Under the pieces are notes generated by a model. The model had not been told where the DNA came from and made no database searches. It saw nothing but the letters and a program-made list of their open reading frames with translations. Both the position numbers and the translations under genes were made by a program. From Dehalococcoidia bacterium (GTDB lineage Bacteria > Chloroflexota > Dehalococcoidia > Lucifugimonadales > UBA3495), in the NCBI GenBank assembly GCA_965226825.1, contig CBDDED010000003.1:3092340-3156339 (forward strand): a stretch of 64,000 nucleotides of DNA, written 5' to 3'. Below are positions 30,087 through 40,416 of the stretch, piece after piece (the stretch's first letter is position 1; each line of letters starts with the position of its first letter).

Positions 30087-30395
30087 GTGAGGGACCTCCA
30101 ACAGGTACGCATTCAGCTATCTGAAGGTGGGTTCGAATTCTCTCGCCACGCCCTCCGGCGTGTAGTGGAGAGAAATATCAGCGGACAGGAAATCAGGCAA
30201 GCCGGACTGAGAGCGATGATCATTGAAGAATATCCGGCTGACAAGTACTCTCCGAGTTGCCTGCTCCTGGGTTTCACTGACGCCGGGAGGCCACTGCACG
30301 TCCAGGTATCCATGACGCGAAACCGGCCCGTGAAAATAGTTACACTGTACGAGCCAAATCTGGAAGACTGCAGCGGCTACTCCGAAATGAGATGA
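30087..30395 (+). CDS. DUF4258 family putative toxin
   Basis: FSRHA, IIEEYP.DKYSPSCLLLG, GRPLHV and VTLYEP motifs. Confidence 0.85.
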   Translation: MRDLQQVRIQLSEGGFEFSRHALRRVVERNISGQEIRQAGLRAMIIEEYPADKYSPSCLLLGFTDAGRPLHVQVSMTRNRPVKIVTLYEPNLEDCSGYSEMR

Positions 30396-30397
30396 AT

Positions 30398-30630
30398 ATG
30401 TTTAGTTGCGTGGTCTGCGGCGCCAAGGAAAGCAGCGATGAAGTGGTAGACGAGGTCTTCTGCGTGGGTGGGCAATATGTCTTGGTTTGGGAAATCCAGT
30501 TGTCGTATGCACCCGGTGCGGCGAGCAATCCTTTAGCTCGGAATCGGCGGAAAGGGTCCGGTTGATGGTTCACGGCGAGGCTAAGCCGGACAAGGCTGTC
30601 CCCATGCAGGTCTACGATTTCGCCCCCTGA
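30398..30630 (+). pseudogene. YgiT-type zinc-finger antitoxin, frameshifted
   Basis: MFSCVVCG...QYVLV, then the shifted frame continues PVVVCTRCGEQSFSSESAERVRLMVHGEAKP...; the 233-nt span is not a multiple of 3. Confidence 0.8.
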
Positions 30631-30680
30631 CCGACCGCGTTGCCGTTCGCTCCCCCTCCGCCGTCCGGCTACAGCCCCCG

Positions 30681-31433
30681 TCAGAAGTAGGCCGATCCTC
30701 CGTTGACGTGAAGGGTTTGCCCCGTCACGAACCCGCCATCGTCGGTGACCATGAACAGGATGGCCGACGCAATTTCGTTGACGTCTCCTTGACGCCCCAT
30801 CGGAATTCCGGAAGCAGTGGGCGGCCGGTTCGGATACCACTGAGGATTCTCACGCGAAGTGTTTATGCTTCCCGGCGCGATAACGTTGGCCCGGATGTTG
30901 TGGGGTGCGAACTCCGACGCCAGCCCCCGCGCAAAGCCAACCAACCCCATCTTGGCCGCCGACACATGGGAACGCTCCGCCGTACCGGCCCAGGCGCCGC
31001 CTCCTGCCAGGAATACCAAGCGCCCGAACTGGTTCTTCACCATCGACGGTATCACGGCGTGGGCACAGTAAAACGCCCCGTCCAGGACCACGCCCCGCAC
31101 CCGCTCCCAGTCCTCCAGCGTGAGGTCCATAAAGGGCTTGTGGGGCCTGATTGCGGCATTGCTGATCAGCACGTCAATCTGCCCGAAATGGTCCATAGCC
31201 TGGGCCATCATGTTGTTGACCTGGTCCCGGTCGGCCACGTCGGCCAGAATCGCCAGGGCGTCCACGCCCAATTCCCGGGCTTCGCGGGCGGTCGACTCGG
31301 CTTCCTCCCGGTTGGCGCGGGCGTTGACCACCACGTTGGCCCCTTCCTCTGCCAGTTTCAAAATGGTGGCCCGGCCGATGTTCCGTCCAGATCCGGTCAC
31401 CAAAGCAACTTTTCCTTTTAGCCGGTCAACCAT
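30681..31433 (-). CDS. SDR family oxidoreductase
   Basis: TGSGRNIG, SNAAI and NVIAPG motifs. Confidence 0.92.
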   Translation of the reverse strand: MVDRLKGKVALVTGSGRNIGRATILKLAEEGANVVVNARANREEAESTAREARELGVDALAILADVADRDQVNNMMAQAMDHFGQIDVLISNAAIRPHKPFMDLTLEDWERVRGVVLDGAFYCAHAVIPSMVKNQFGRLVFLAGGGAWAGTAERSHVSAAKMGLVGFARGLASEFAPHNIRANVIAPGSINTSRENPQWYPNRPPTASGIPMGRQGDVNEIASAILFMVTDDGGFVTGQTLHVNGGSAYF

Positions 31434-31512
31434 AATCACACCTCTTTGAGCCTTGCCCGAGCTTGTTGAACGGGAGGGATTTCGCCCGAGTATAACACGG
31501 GCTGGTGCTGCT

Positions 31513-31938
31513 TCACTCCAAAACCATCCCGCTCAGGGTCACCACGGCTCCGCCGTGCTCCGTGCCCGCCAGTGCATTGGCAAATCGCTCGTCCGCGGTT
31601 ACCAGGGTGGCGCCAATCCGGTTCGCCAAGGCCAAGTAGACACAGTCGTAAACCGACCGGTCCAAGGCCACTGCCAAGCGGACCGCATCAGCGCTGATTG
31701 CTTCATCGTCGCTCCAATGGACACCCATCTCGGGTATGGCTGCAGCCAACGCTCCGGCAAGACTTCGTTCTATTTCCCCCATTTTGGCTTTCCGCCACAG
31801 GGTGTTGCCCACCTCTGAGGCCATCAACCGGGGCGCATGCAGCTCATGCCGTCCATCCAGTATGTTGTCGGCGGCCTCCGAGTATTCTTCCTCGACCAAC
31901 CACTTGACCGCTACGCTGGCATCCACTACTAACCGCAT
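31513..31938 (-). CDS. PIN-domain VapC-like toxin
   Basis: VVDASVAVKW, YDCVYLALA and LVTAD motifs. Confidence 0.9.
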   Translation of the reverse strand: MRLVVDASVAVKWLVEEEYSEAADNILDGRHELHAPRLMASEVGNTLWRKAKMGEIERSLAGALAAAIPEMGVHWSDDEAISADAVRLAVALDRSVYDCVYLALANRIGATLVTADERFANALAGTEHGGAVVTLSGMVLE

Positions 31939-32195
31939 CAGGCAGGCCAGTGCCCGCTATTCCTGTCTGCCCTAACCAGAACCTGGGAGGGGGTTTGATA
32001 CCGGCCCTTGGTCTGTTGCCTTAAACCCTGGGCCAAAGCCCGGAAGACCCCGACCTTTTCTTTCATCTCGTCCTCGGCGGCCCGCTCCAATATGTCCCGG
32101 ACCTCGCTTTCCAGGGAACGGTTGTTGTCCGCAGCCCGTCGCTTAAGCCGCAAAACCAATGCCTCGTCCAATCGCCGCACAATGATAGTCGCCAT
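31938..32195 (-). CDS. FitA-like ribbon-helix-helix antitoxin
   Basis: MATIIVRRLD...LKRRAADNNRSLESEVRDIL; overlaps the PIN gene start. Confidence 0.88.
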   Translation of the reverse strand: MATIIVRRLDEALVLRLKRRAADNNRSLESEVRDILERAAEDEMKEKVGVFRALAQGLRQQTKGRYQTPSQVLVRADRNSGHWPA

Positions 32196-32807
32196 GCCTT
32201 TCCCTCAACGTATCGCTATCGAAATGATAGCACATGATGCCGATGAGTCTCCAGCCGGGCGCTTGGCATCTTTGGGCCGGGGGGGCGGGGCGCTCAGTGG
32301 GGGACTGGGGCCAAGATAGCCAGGACCTATTGCAGGGGTGAGCCTGCGGCCAAGAGCGGCCAATAAGGGCCAGACAGATAATAGAGTAGGAGGGAGCCAC
32401 CCTGTTCAGTACGGAGGAACTGTCAGTCAGGAAGCAGGGCCAACGGCTGAAATGGGGATGGTTTTGTCTGGGCCGCGCAAGGGGATGGTGCGGTGAGCGA
32501 TTGGTTTGGCCCCGGAGGCGAGGATGTCGTCGAGGCGGGCTTTTTCTCTGGAAAGCGGGCAGACGGGCAACCATAGCAAGGGGGTGATGATGTTGAGGGG
32601 GCAACCACCGCCGGCGCGCCTATTGGCTTTGGGGCATTCGATAATTCCTTTCGGAAAGGGGACAATCTGTAATCCTTAGCATGCACAGCCGGGCGACCCG
32701 GGCCCAGCGCTAGGTCCAGCCAATACATGGGTTGACACCCAGAGGTCGCACCCTACAATGGAATCCCAGCAGGCGTTTTTGGCTGTTCTCAACAAGGGAG
32801 GCTGACT

Positions 32808-33995
32808 ATGATTACAAAGTTCGATACTCTCTACGCGGGCCACGTCGACATGGACGATGTGGGCTACGCCGGAACTCCGGTCAACGACCGCGTTTTCTCC
32901 AACGCTCATCTCGCTACTGCCTTCGACAAGGCCGAGGCCATTGCAACCCTGGTGGACAGGCTGGGGTTCGACACTTTTTGGATGGCCGAACACCATTTTC
33001 AGCTCGAAGGCTACGAGTGTATCCCCAACCTGTTGCTTTTCAACGTCCACCTCGCCCACCTGACCTCGAATGTGAGACTGGGGTGCGCCTTCAACATTGC
33101 GCCGATGTGGCATCCACTGCGACTCGCCGAGGACTTTGCCACCGCCGACGTGCTCACAGATGGCCGGGTCGTGTTTGGCGTGGGCCGGGGGTACCACACC
33201 AGGGAGGTGGAGACCTTTGGAGCGCCTTTGTTGGACCAGAACGCCAACCGGGAACTGTTCGAAGAGCAGGTTGAAGTAATCTTCAAGGCGTTTAACGAAC
33301 CGTCCTTCTCCCACCACGGCAAATATTACGACCTGCCGCCGGACGTGCCGTATCGGGGCTACCAACTGAAGGACATCTCGTTGGTCCCCCGGCCCAAACA
33401 CCTGCCGGTGGAATGCTGGCAGCCCATTCAGGGCGGCACCCAGCGGGCCCTCGACTTCATGGCCAAGCATCACATCAAGGGGATCATCGGCGGCGGCGTT
33501 GCCGAAGGCGGCGTGATGGACGACGTGATGGTCAATTACCGCGGCGCCCTTGCCAGGCACGGTCGGGAGACGGAGGTCGGCGGGGACCTGAGCGTGGGGT
33601 TCCATTGCTATCTTGCCGACACGCAGGAAGAGGCCATCAAGGCAGCCTCGGCTTACTACGAGGAAAACGTCAAGATGTTCGGCCCGCTGCGGCTCCACCG
33701 CGGCCTGACCGAGCAGCAGATGTTGGACATCGCAGACCGGACGCGCGCCCCTCTGGCCGGCCTTCCTTCCATGGAGGCTGCGGTTAAACAGGGCGCTTTC
33801 CTGGTGGGCCCGCCGGAGCGGGTTATCGAACAGTTGAAGGCCGTGGAGGAGAACTATCCGGGCCTGGAAAGGATTGAGGTGGGCCACCCCATGGGCACCC
33901 CTCAAAGGGTTATTCTGGAGCAACTGGAATGGTTCGCCAAAGAGGTGATGCCGTCGTTCAAAGGCAGGGTAGAGACCGCGGTTCCCGCTGATTAA
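32808..33995 (+). CDS. LLM class flavin-dependent oxidoreductase (luciferase-like)
   Basis: WMAEHHF, HPLRLAED and FGVGRGY motifs. Confidence 0.92.
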   Translation: MITKFDTLYAGHVDMDDVGYAGTPVNDRVFSNAHLATAFDKAEAIATLVDRLGFDTFWMAEHHFQLEGYECIPNLLLFNVHLAHLTSNVRLGCAFNIAPMWHPLRLAEDFATADVLTDGRVVFGVGRGYHTREVETFGAPLLDQNANRELFEEQVEVIFKAFNEPSFSHHGKYYDLPPDVPYRGYQLKDISLVPRPKHLPVECWQPIQGGTQRALDFMAKHHIKGIIGGGVAEGGVMDDVMVNYRGALARHGRETEVGGDLSVGFHCYLADTQEEAIKAASAYYEENVKMFGPLRLHRGLTEQQMLDIADRTRAPLAGLPSMEAAVKQGAFLVGPPERVIEQLKAVEENYPGLERIEVGHPMGTPQRVILEQLEWFAKEVMPSFKGRVETAVPAD

Positions 33996-34234
33996 TGCTC
34001 CGGTTGGCGAATGCCGACCCAAACCAGCCGATTTGAGATAAACACACCCGGCAATCCTGGCCGGGTGTGTTTACGTCTGAGGCCGGGACTTGGCCCCCGG
34101 GCTCTGAACTGTTACCCCACGGGCCTGAGCGTTGACACTGGACTCGCCCCTGCTTACACTCGCTTAGACCCCCGGTGGCAGCGGCTCCCACCTGCGCCCG
34201 GGGCCGGGACTCGAAAGAGCCACGACGAGGAGCG

Positions 34235-35272
34235 ATGACCCTTTCTCCGGCAATGGCGGAAGCCATGGAACTGATGTACGAAACCGGATGGACCGACGGC
34301 CTTCCGGTGGTGCCGCCTACCGGCGACCTGGTTGAAGCGTTTGTGGACGCGTCCGGCCGGTTCCCGGATGAGCTTGTCGCCGAGTTGCCGCCGCTGGGAG
34401 GCCGCGCCACCGTGGAGCGCATCGCGGTCAACGCAGTCATGGCTGGGTGCCTTCCGGAGTACATGCCGGTGGTAATCACCGCGATTCAGGCTCTGATGGA
34501 CGACCGGTTCAACCTGCAGGGCGTTCAGTGCTCGACGGGCATCCACTCACCCCTGGTCATTGTCAACGGGCCGATCGTCAAGCAGTTGGGAATCAACTCG
34601 GGATACAACTGCTTCGGCCAGGGATGGCGGGCCAACGCCACCATTGGCCGGGCGGTAAAACTTGCGCTGGTGAACCTGGGCGGCGCGGCTCCGGGGGATG
34701 CCAACAAGGCTACCTTTGGGCATCCCGGGGCCTACACCTACTGCGTCGCGGAAAACGAGGACGCCAATCCCTGGGAGCCATATCACGTGGAGGCCGGTTT
34801 TTCCTCGGAAGACAGCACGGTCACGGTTTTCCCCGGAGAAGCGCCCCACAACGTGATGTATCACGCGGTCAACGCCAGGAATTTCCTAACGGTGTTGGCC
34901 GATACCATGTGCGCTTTGGGCAATGTCCAAATGTACGTGATGGGCGACACCATGGTGTTCCTGGGCCCCGAGCACGCCCGCCTGCTGGCGGAGGCCGGGT
35001 GGCGGAAGCGGGACGTTAAACAGTTCCTGTTCGAGCATGCGCGCCGGCCCGTCGGCCTGCTGCGCCGGGGCGGCCCGGCCCAGGGGGACGACCGGCGGGA
35101 AATGCTCTGGCCGAAGTTTGTGGACCACAACGACGACCAGGAAATGGTTCCGGTGGTGCGCCGGGTGGATGACATTCACATTTTTGTCGCCGGCGGCGCC
35201 GGAGGTCCCCACTCGGTGTGCGTGCCCGGCTGGGGTTCCCGGCGGGCCATCCGCAGGATCGAGATTTCCTAG
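34235..35272 (+). CDS. conserved hypothetical protein, partner of UGSC-family proteins
   Basis: GWTDGLPVVPPT, IAVNAVMAGC.PEY and RANATIGRA motifs. Confidence 0.8.
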   Translation: MTLSPAMAEAMELMYETGWTDGLPVVPPTGDLVEAFVDASGRFPDELVAELPPLGGRATVERIAVNAVMAGCLPEYMPVVITAIQALMDDRFNLQGVQCSTGIHSPLVIVNGPIVKQLGINSGYNCFGQGWRANATIGRAVKLALVNLGGAAPGDANKATFGHPGAYTYCVAENEDANPWEPYHVEAGFSSEDSTVTVFPGEAPHNVMYHAVNARNFLTVLADTMCALGNVQMYVMGDTMVFLGPEHARLLAEAGWRKRDVKQFLFEHARRPVGLLRRGGPAQGDDRREMLWPKFVDHNDDQEMVPVVRRVDDIHIFVAGGAGGPHSVCVPGWGSRRAIRRIEIS

Positions 35273-35320
35273 AGGCCCAAGCCCCAGATAGGTTTTTCAG
35301 CGAGGTTGCAGCGAGGTAGT

Positions 35321-35914
35321 ATGGTAATTGCCCCCACCAAGGCTCCGGCGCGGAGCATCGAAGAGAGGCTGAGCGCCCTGGGGATTCGCAGCCCCATAGA
35401 CCCCGAAATGGGCCCCGAAGCGGCCACCCGGTGGCGCGCCGCGCCGAGGCTCACCAGCCTGGACGGGAAAGTCGGCGGTTTCCTGGGCAACAGAAAGGCC
35501 AATGCGGAAGTTTTGCTCAGGGACGTACAACAGATAATGGCCCAGCGGTTCGGACCTGCCGACGGCATTGCCCTGGACAAGTTCATCTACTCCAGACCCG
35601 CCGCCGATGACATCATCGATACTCTGGCTGACCGCTGCGACTTTGTGGTGACGGCAATCGCCGATTGAGGGTCCTGCACCTCGTGCAGTGTGCACGATGC
35701 AATGACCCTGGAAAATCGGGGAATACCCACGGTGGTTATCTGCACCCAACCCTTCCTTAATTCAGCACACGTTCACGCGCGTACCTTTGGCCGCCCGGGA
35801 TTTCGGCCTGTGGGCATCCCCCATCCTCTGGGCGGGTTGCCCGGAGCGCTGGTTTTGGAACGGGCCGAGTCGATTGTGGATGATGTGGTCGCGGCCCTGA
35901 CCCTGGATCCCTAG
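35321..35914 (+). CDS. UGSC-family selenoprotein (TGA at 35666-35668 read as Sec)
   Basis: ORFs 35306-35668 and 35690-35914 are in frame; readthrough gives TAIAD-U-GSCTSCSVHD...ENRGIPTV. Confidence 0.85.
35681..35697 (+). promoter_or_regulatory. putative bacterial SECIS hairpin
   Basis: tcgtgca-GTG-tgcacga 7-bp stem; the loop G is the 20th nt after the UGA. Confidence 0.6.
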
Positions 35915-35962
35915 CCGGATGGCCGGCTCCACTAAACTCCACTCACCTGAAGGAGACTAAAG

Positions 35963-36841
35963 ATGGCGACGGTAGGGACCGGGAAATACACTTATGAGAT
36001 CGTTGAAGGCTGGGGCTCACTCCCCCAGGGGTGGGAGTTGGGCCAGACTGCCATTGTTACCGATTCCCAGGACCGGGTGTACCTGTTCAACCGCAGCGAC
36101 CACCCGTTGATAGTGCTGGACCGGGACGGGAATTTTCTGTCGGCGTGGGGCGAAGGGGTTTTAACCGATGCCCACGGCATGTTTATCGACGCCGAAGACA
36201 ATCTGTACCTCCCGGTCAAGAACAATCACGTGGTGCTCAAGTACAGCTCCCAGGGCAACCTTCTGATGTCCCTGGGTACGCGGGACCAACCCTCGGACAC
36301 CGGTTGGTCGGGCAATATCTCCGATCCGGTGCAGCGAGCCGCGCCGCCGTTCAACCGCCCCACCGACGTTGCCCTTTCTCCCGATGGAGACCTGTATATT
36401 TCCGACGGTTATGGCAACTCCCGGGTCCACAAGTTCACCGCCGGGGGTGAGTTGCTCTTTTCGTGGGGTGAGCCGGGGAAAACCGGTCCCGGAGTGTTTC
36501 ACGTCCCCCATGGGGTATGGGTGCACACCGACGGCAGGGTCTTTGTGGCCGACCGGGAAAACGACCGGGTCCAGATTTTTGACCTTGATGGCAATTTCCT
36601 GGACCAGTGGACCGATTTTTCCCGTCCCTGTGATATCTACATCGACCAGGACGAGGTCCTTTTTATTCCCGAGTTGGACGCGTTCATGAGCGTTGTTTCA
36701 ATAGATGGAGACCTATTGGCCCGGTGGGCGGGGCCGACCGACGCCGGAGCTCACGCCATCTGGTTGGACTCCCGCGGTGATCTGTACATCAACCAGAACC
36801 TGGAAGGCCAGCGCCTGCTCAAGTATCGCAAAGTGGGTTAA
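35963..36841 (+). CDS. NHL-repeat protein (peptidylglycine alpha-amidating lyase-like)
   Basis: FNRPTDVA, SDGYGNSRVHKF, FHVPHGV and VADRENDRVQIF motifs. Confidence 0.88.
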   Translation: MATVGTGKYTYEIVEGWGSLPQGWELGQTAIVTDSQDRVYLFNRSDHPLIVLDRDGNFLSAWGEGVLTDAHGMFIDAEDNLYLPVKNNHVVLKYSSQGNLLMSLGTRDQPSDTGWSGNISDPVQRAAPPFNRPTDVALSPDGDLYISDGYGNSRVHKFTAGGELLFSWGEPGKTGPGVFHVPHGVWVHTDGRVFVADRENDRVQIFDLDGNFLDQWTDFSRPCDIYIDQDEVLFIPELDAFMSVVSIDGDLLARWAGPTDAGAHAIWLDSRGDLYINQNLEGQRLLKYRKVG

Positions 36842-36954
36842 GCGCCAAGGCTGGATTTACCACAGAGTGCGCAGAGAACACAGCGGTTTTATTATGGGCG
36901 TCGGGTTCGTACACTGGCGCCGCGCTTACAACTACAATTGGTAGGGGTTGCTCG

Positions 36955-37842
36955 TTGAAGATTGGAGCTATTTTTCCGCAAACCGAAATCTCCGCGGACC
37001 CGGCGGAGATTAAAGACTTTGCCCAAGCGGTCGAGGGCATGGGATACGACCACATTTTCATTGCCGACCATGTTTTAGGGGCCGACCCGCGGCACCATAG
37101 ACATCCGTCGCTGCAGACCTACAGTCATGAAAGCGTGGTGCACGAAATCATGACTACCATGGGGTATTTGGCGGCGGTCACCAAGACCGTCGGATTGGCG
37201 TCGGGAATCTTGATTCTACCCCAGCGGCAGACAGCGCTCGTGGCCAAGCAGGCCGCGGAAGTGGACGTCCTGAGCGGCGGCCGCCTGCGCCTCGGCATCG
37301 GCGTGGGCTGGAACGACGTAGAATACCAGGCCCTCGCCCAGGACTTTCAGAATAGGGGCAGACGCAGCGAAGAGCAGATCGCGTTGATGCGGGCCCTGTG
37401 GACCAAAGAAGTGGTCAATTTTGAAGGGCGCTGGCACCGCGTCAGCAACGCCGGAATAAATCCCCTGCCCGTCCAGCGTCCCATTCCCGTTTGGCTCGGC
37501 GGCGGCACCCAGGGAGCAGGACCTGTGCTTCGCCGCGTAGCCGCCATCGCCGATGGCTGGTGTCCTGGTTTCGGCCCCGATGCCGCGGGTCAAGCGTTGG
37601 TCCAGAGGGTCCGGGACTACATGACCAAGGCGGGTCGCGACCCCGCAGACCTGGAATTGGAGGGGCGCATTTGGACGGCCGGCAAGCAGCCTGAAGACTG
37701 GCTGGGCGAAGCCAGGCAGTGGCAGGAATTGGGAGCCACTCACCTGGTGGTCGAAACCCGCAAGGGTGGGCTGGAGTCTATGGATGGGCGGCTCAGCGTA
37801 ATCCAGCAGTTCAAGGAAGTGGTTGGGACGTTGGCGGACTGA
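36955..37842 (+). CDS. LLM class (probably F420-dependent) oxidoreductase
   Basis: IADHVLG, ILPQRQTALVAKQAA and GRLRLGIGVGWN motifs. Confidence 0.9.
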   Translation: MKIGAIFPQTEISADPAEIKDFAQAVEGMGYDHIFIADHVLGADPRHHRHPSLQTYSHESVVHEIMTTMGYLAAVTKTVGLASGILILPQRQTALVAKQAAEVDVLSGGRLRLGIGVGWNDVEYQALAQDFQNRGRRSEEQIALMRALWTKEVVNFEGRWHRVSNAGINPLPVQRPIPVWLGGGTQGAGPVLRRVAAIADGWCPGFGPDAAGQALVQRVRDYMTKAGRDPADLELEGRIWTAGKQPEDWLGEARQWQELGATHLVVETRKGGLESMDGRLSVIQQFKEVVGTLAD

Positions 37843-37856
37843 CCGCTCCCACCTCG

Positions 37857-38044
37857 CGTCATTCTCACCGCAGTGGGAATCCAGAGCCCTTTCCGTGCGC
37901 CGACATGCCCATGATAACTGGGAAACACCTGGTGCGGGCAAGCCTGCCCCTCCCTTCGTCCTTGTCGCTACATCATCCCTGGACACCGGAGCCGGGTTAA
38001 AGAATAAAAGGGGCTCTATGTCCCACTTCGGCGAGAAAGACGGG
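37857..38044. repeat. REPIN/MITE-like REP doublet with degenerate right arm
   Basis: gtcattctcaccgcagtgggaatccagagccc plus inverted gggctctatgtcccacttcggcgagaaagacg; spacer alignable to that of 28029-28222. Confidence 0.85.
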
Positions 38045-38212
38045 TGATTGGCCCGGCGGATACTGTAGCACCAAAGGTTTGAGGGAAGCGGATAGACCGG
38101 TTTCAATTCGCGGTGCTAAACTGAAATCGTTCCCCCGGTTGCATCTCTCCGGTTGCAGCCCGGCGGGAGGCATTGGGATCCCGGGCTGACGGCATCACAA
38201 GGAGGCAACACC

Positions 38213-38986
38213 ATGATACAAGACACGGTCCTCTACCACGCCGAAGACGGCATTGCGGTGTTGACCTTGAACAATCCAAAGCAGCGCAACGCCCTGTCCA
38301 GCCCTACGTTGGCGCTGCTCAAAACCTACCTGGCGCAAATCGCAGACGATTCAACCATCAAGGTGGTGGTTATTCGTTCTGAGGGTCCGGTGTTCAGTTC
38401 CGGGCATGACCTTAACGAGTTGGTGGGCGGTGACCCGGAAGACTACGCTGGGGTGTTCGCCGACTGCACCGAGGTTATGGAAGCGATCCGGCTCTTGACC
38501 AAGCCCGTGATCGCCCAGGTGCAGGGTTTGGCTACTGCTGCCGGCTGCCAGTTGGTTGCCACCTGCGATCTTTCCGTGGCTGCGGACAATGCCAGATTCG
38601 CAACTCCGGGAGTCCAAATCGGTTTGTTTTGCACTACTCCCGGCGTAGCTGTTGCCCGGGCGGTAATGCCCAAGAAGGCGATGGAAATGCTGTTGACCGG
38701 CCTCCCCATCCCGGCGCAAGAGGCCCTGGAGTTTGGACTGGTTAACCGGGTGGTGCCGGCGGAGGAACTGGAACAAGAAACGATGGCCCTGGCCCGGCGA
38801 ATCTGCCAGGCCAGCTCCCGCACCATTTCCATAGGCAAGCCGGCCTTCTACCGTCAAGTGGAAATGGACCGGCCCGCCGCTTACGACCTGGCGCAGCGGG
38901 TCATGGTGGAGAACCTGCAGGACGTAGACGCCAAGGAAGGGATAACCGCGTTCTTGGAGAAGCGGGAGCCCCACTGGACCGGCTGA
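38213..38986 (+). CDS. enoyl-CoA hydratase family (ECHDC3-like)
   Basis: FSSGHDL, ATAAGCQLVA and GLFCTTP motifs; AAGGAGG RBS. Confidence 0.92.
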   Translation: MIQDTVLYHAEDGIAVLTLNNPKQRNALSSPTLALLKTYLAQIADDSTIKVVVIRSEGPVFSSGHDLNELVGGDPEDYAGVFADCTEVMEAIRLLTKPVIAQVQGLATAAGCQLVATCDLSVAADNARFATPGVQIGLFCTTPGVAVARAVMPKKAMEMLLTGLPIPAQEALEFGLVNRVVPAEELEQETMALARRICQASSRTISIGKPAFYRQVEMDRPAAYDLAQRVMVENLQDVDAKEGITAFLEKREPHWTG

Positions 38987-39072
38987 CCCGCTTCGGCTTG
39001 ACCATTCCGGTCGCCCAGCTGATTCTGGTTATCGGCCCGCCGGATTCCCGTTATCCGCGCAACGGGTTCCGG

Positions 39073-40155
39073 TTATCCAAAGGTAATCACGCTCCGTGCC
39101 ACTGCGCCCTGCTTCATATCCTCGAAGGCCTCGTTAACGTCCGACAGGTTCAACCTCTGGGACACCATCTGGTCCAACTTCAGCCGTCCCTGCAAGTAAA
39201 ACTCGATGTAACGCGGCATGTCGGTCCGGAACCTGTTGGAGCCCATGCTGCTTCCCTGAATCCGACGCTCCCGCAGGAATGACGGCCCGTCCAACTCGAT
39301 CTTGACCCCCTGGGGAATCATGCCGATTATGGTCGCGGTCCCGCCGGCCCGCAGCATGGCGAAGGCTTGCTCGGCGGTCTCCTTGGTGCCGATAGCCTCG
39401 AAAGAGTAGTCGACGCCCCCGTTGGTCAGGTCTCGGATTTTCTCCACCACGTCACCCCCAGACGCGTCTATGACGTCGGTGGCCCCGAATTCTGTGGCCA
39501 TCGTCAGCTTGGTTTCCACCCGGTCGATGGCGATGACCCGGAGCGCCCCGGCCAGGATTGCCCCCTGGATGGCGCTGAGGCCCACACCGCCGCATCCGAT
39601 GACTGCTACCGTGCTGCCGGGCTCGACCTTGGCGGTGTTGATCGCCGCGCCAACGCCGGTGGTCACCCCGCACCCGATGAGGGCAAGCTGCTCGAAGGGC
39701 ACGTCGTCCCGTACCTTGCACGTGGCGTTTTCGTGTACCAGCATCTGCTCGGCGAAAGAGGATATCTCCGCCATCTGAGTAACCCGTTCGTTGCCCTGGC
39801 GGAGCCGGGGAGGTTCTGCCGGAGACCGGACCACGTCTTCCCGGTAGCAAAGGTTCGGCCTCCCGCTGAGACACCGGTCGCAAAGGCCGCAGAAGACCGA
39901 AAGGCAGGTGATCACACGGTCACCCGGCTGCACGTAACTCACCTGGCTGCCCACGGCCTCCACTGTGCCGGCGGCTTCATGGCCGAGCACGGCCGGCATG
40001 TTGATCCGGTACTTGCCCTCGACGAAATGCAGGTCGCTGTGGCAGACTCCGGTGGCGCCGGTGCGGATCAAGACCTCCCGCGGTCCGGGGTTGTCCACCT
40101 GTACTTCTTCAATCTCAAGGGGTCGGTCCACTTCACGGAGTATCGCTGCTTTCAT
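39073..40155 (-). CDS. Zn-dependent alcohol dehydrogenase
   Basis: GVCHSD, GHEAAG, structural-Zn cysteines and GCGGVG motif. Confidence 0.93.
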   Translation of the reverse strand: MKAAILREVDRPLEIEEVQVDNPGPREVLIRTGATGVCHSDLHFVEGKYRINMPAVLGHEAAGTVEAVGSQVSYVQPGDRVITCLSVFCGLCDRCLSGRPNLCYREDVVRSPAEPPRLRQGNERVTQMAEISSFAEQMLVHENATCKVRDDVPFEQLALIGCGVTTGVGAAINTAKVEPGSTVAVIGCGGVGLSAIQGAILAGALRVIAIDRVETKLTMATEFGATDVIDASGGDVVEKIRDLTNGGVDYSFEAIGTKETAEQAFAMLRAGGTATIIGMIPQGVKIELDGPSFLRERRIQGSSMGSNRFRTDMPRYIEFYLQGRLKLDQMVSQRLNLSDVNEAFEDMKQGAVARSVITFG

Positions 40156-40416
40156 AGCTCATCTCATTTCGCGGCGGCATTGATTGCGCCGCGCGGTCTG
40201 GATTATTGGGGGAACTCAGCCCGTTTGAGTAGGGCGTGAATGTAGCACCGCGGCTTATGACGGTCAACCGAGCCGGCGCGCCGGTATGCGGCCTTGACGC
40301 CACGCAATCTGAGACTAAACTGATTAACGAAACGGCTTGGGGAAGGCCCCAACCGTTACAGCAGCCCTCTTGGCCGGCGTGTCGCCGAAATACTGAGTTG
40401 GAATTTGGAGGAAATC

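Noticed and set aside
32250-32700. Possible decayed gene in a long intergenic stretch
   Set aside because: No frame gave a recognisable family, so it is left unassigned.
32676-34022. 448-aa minus-strand ORF
   Set aside because: Antisense shadow of the LLM oxidoreductase.
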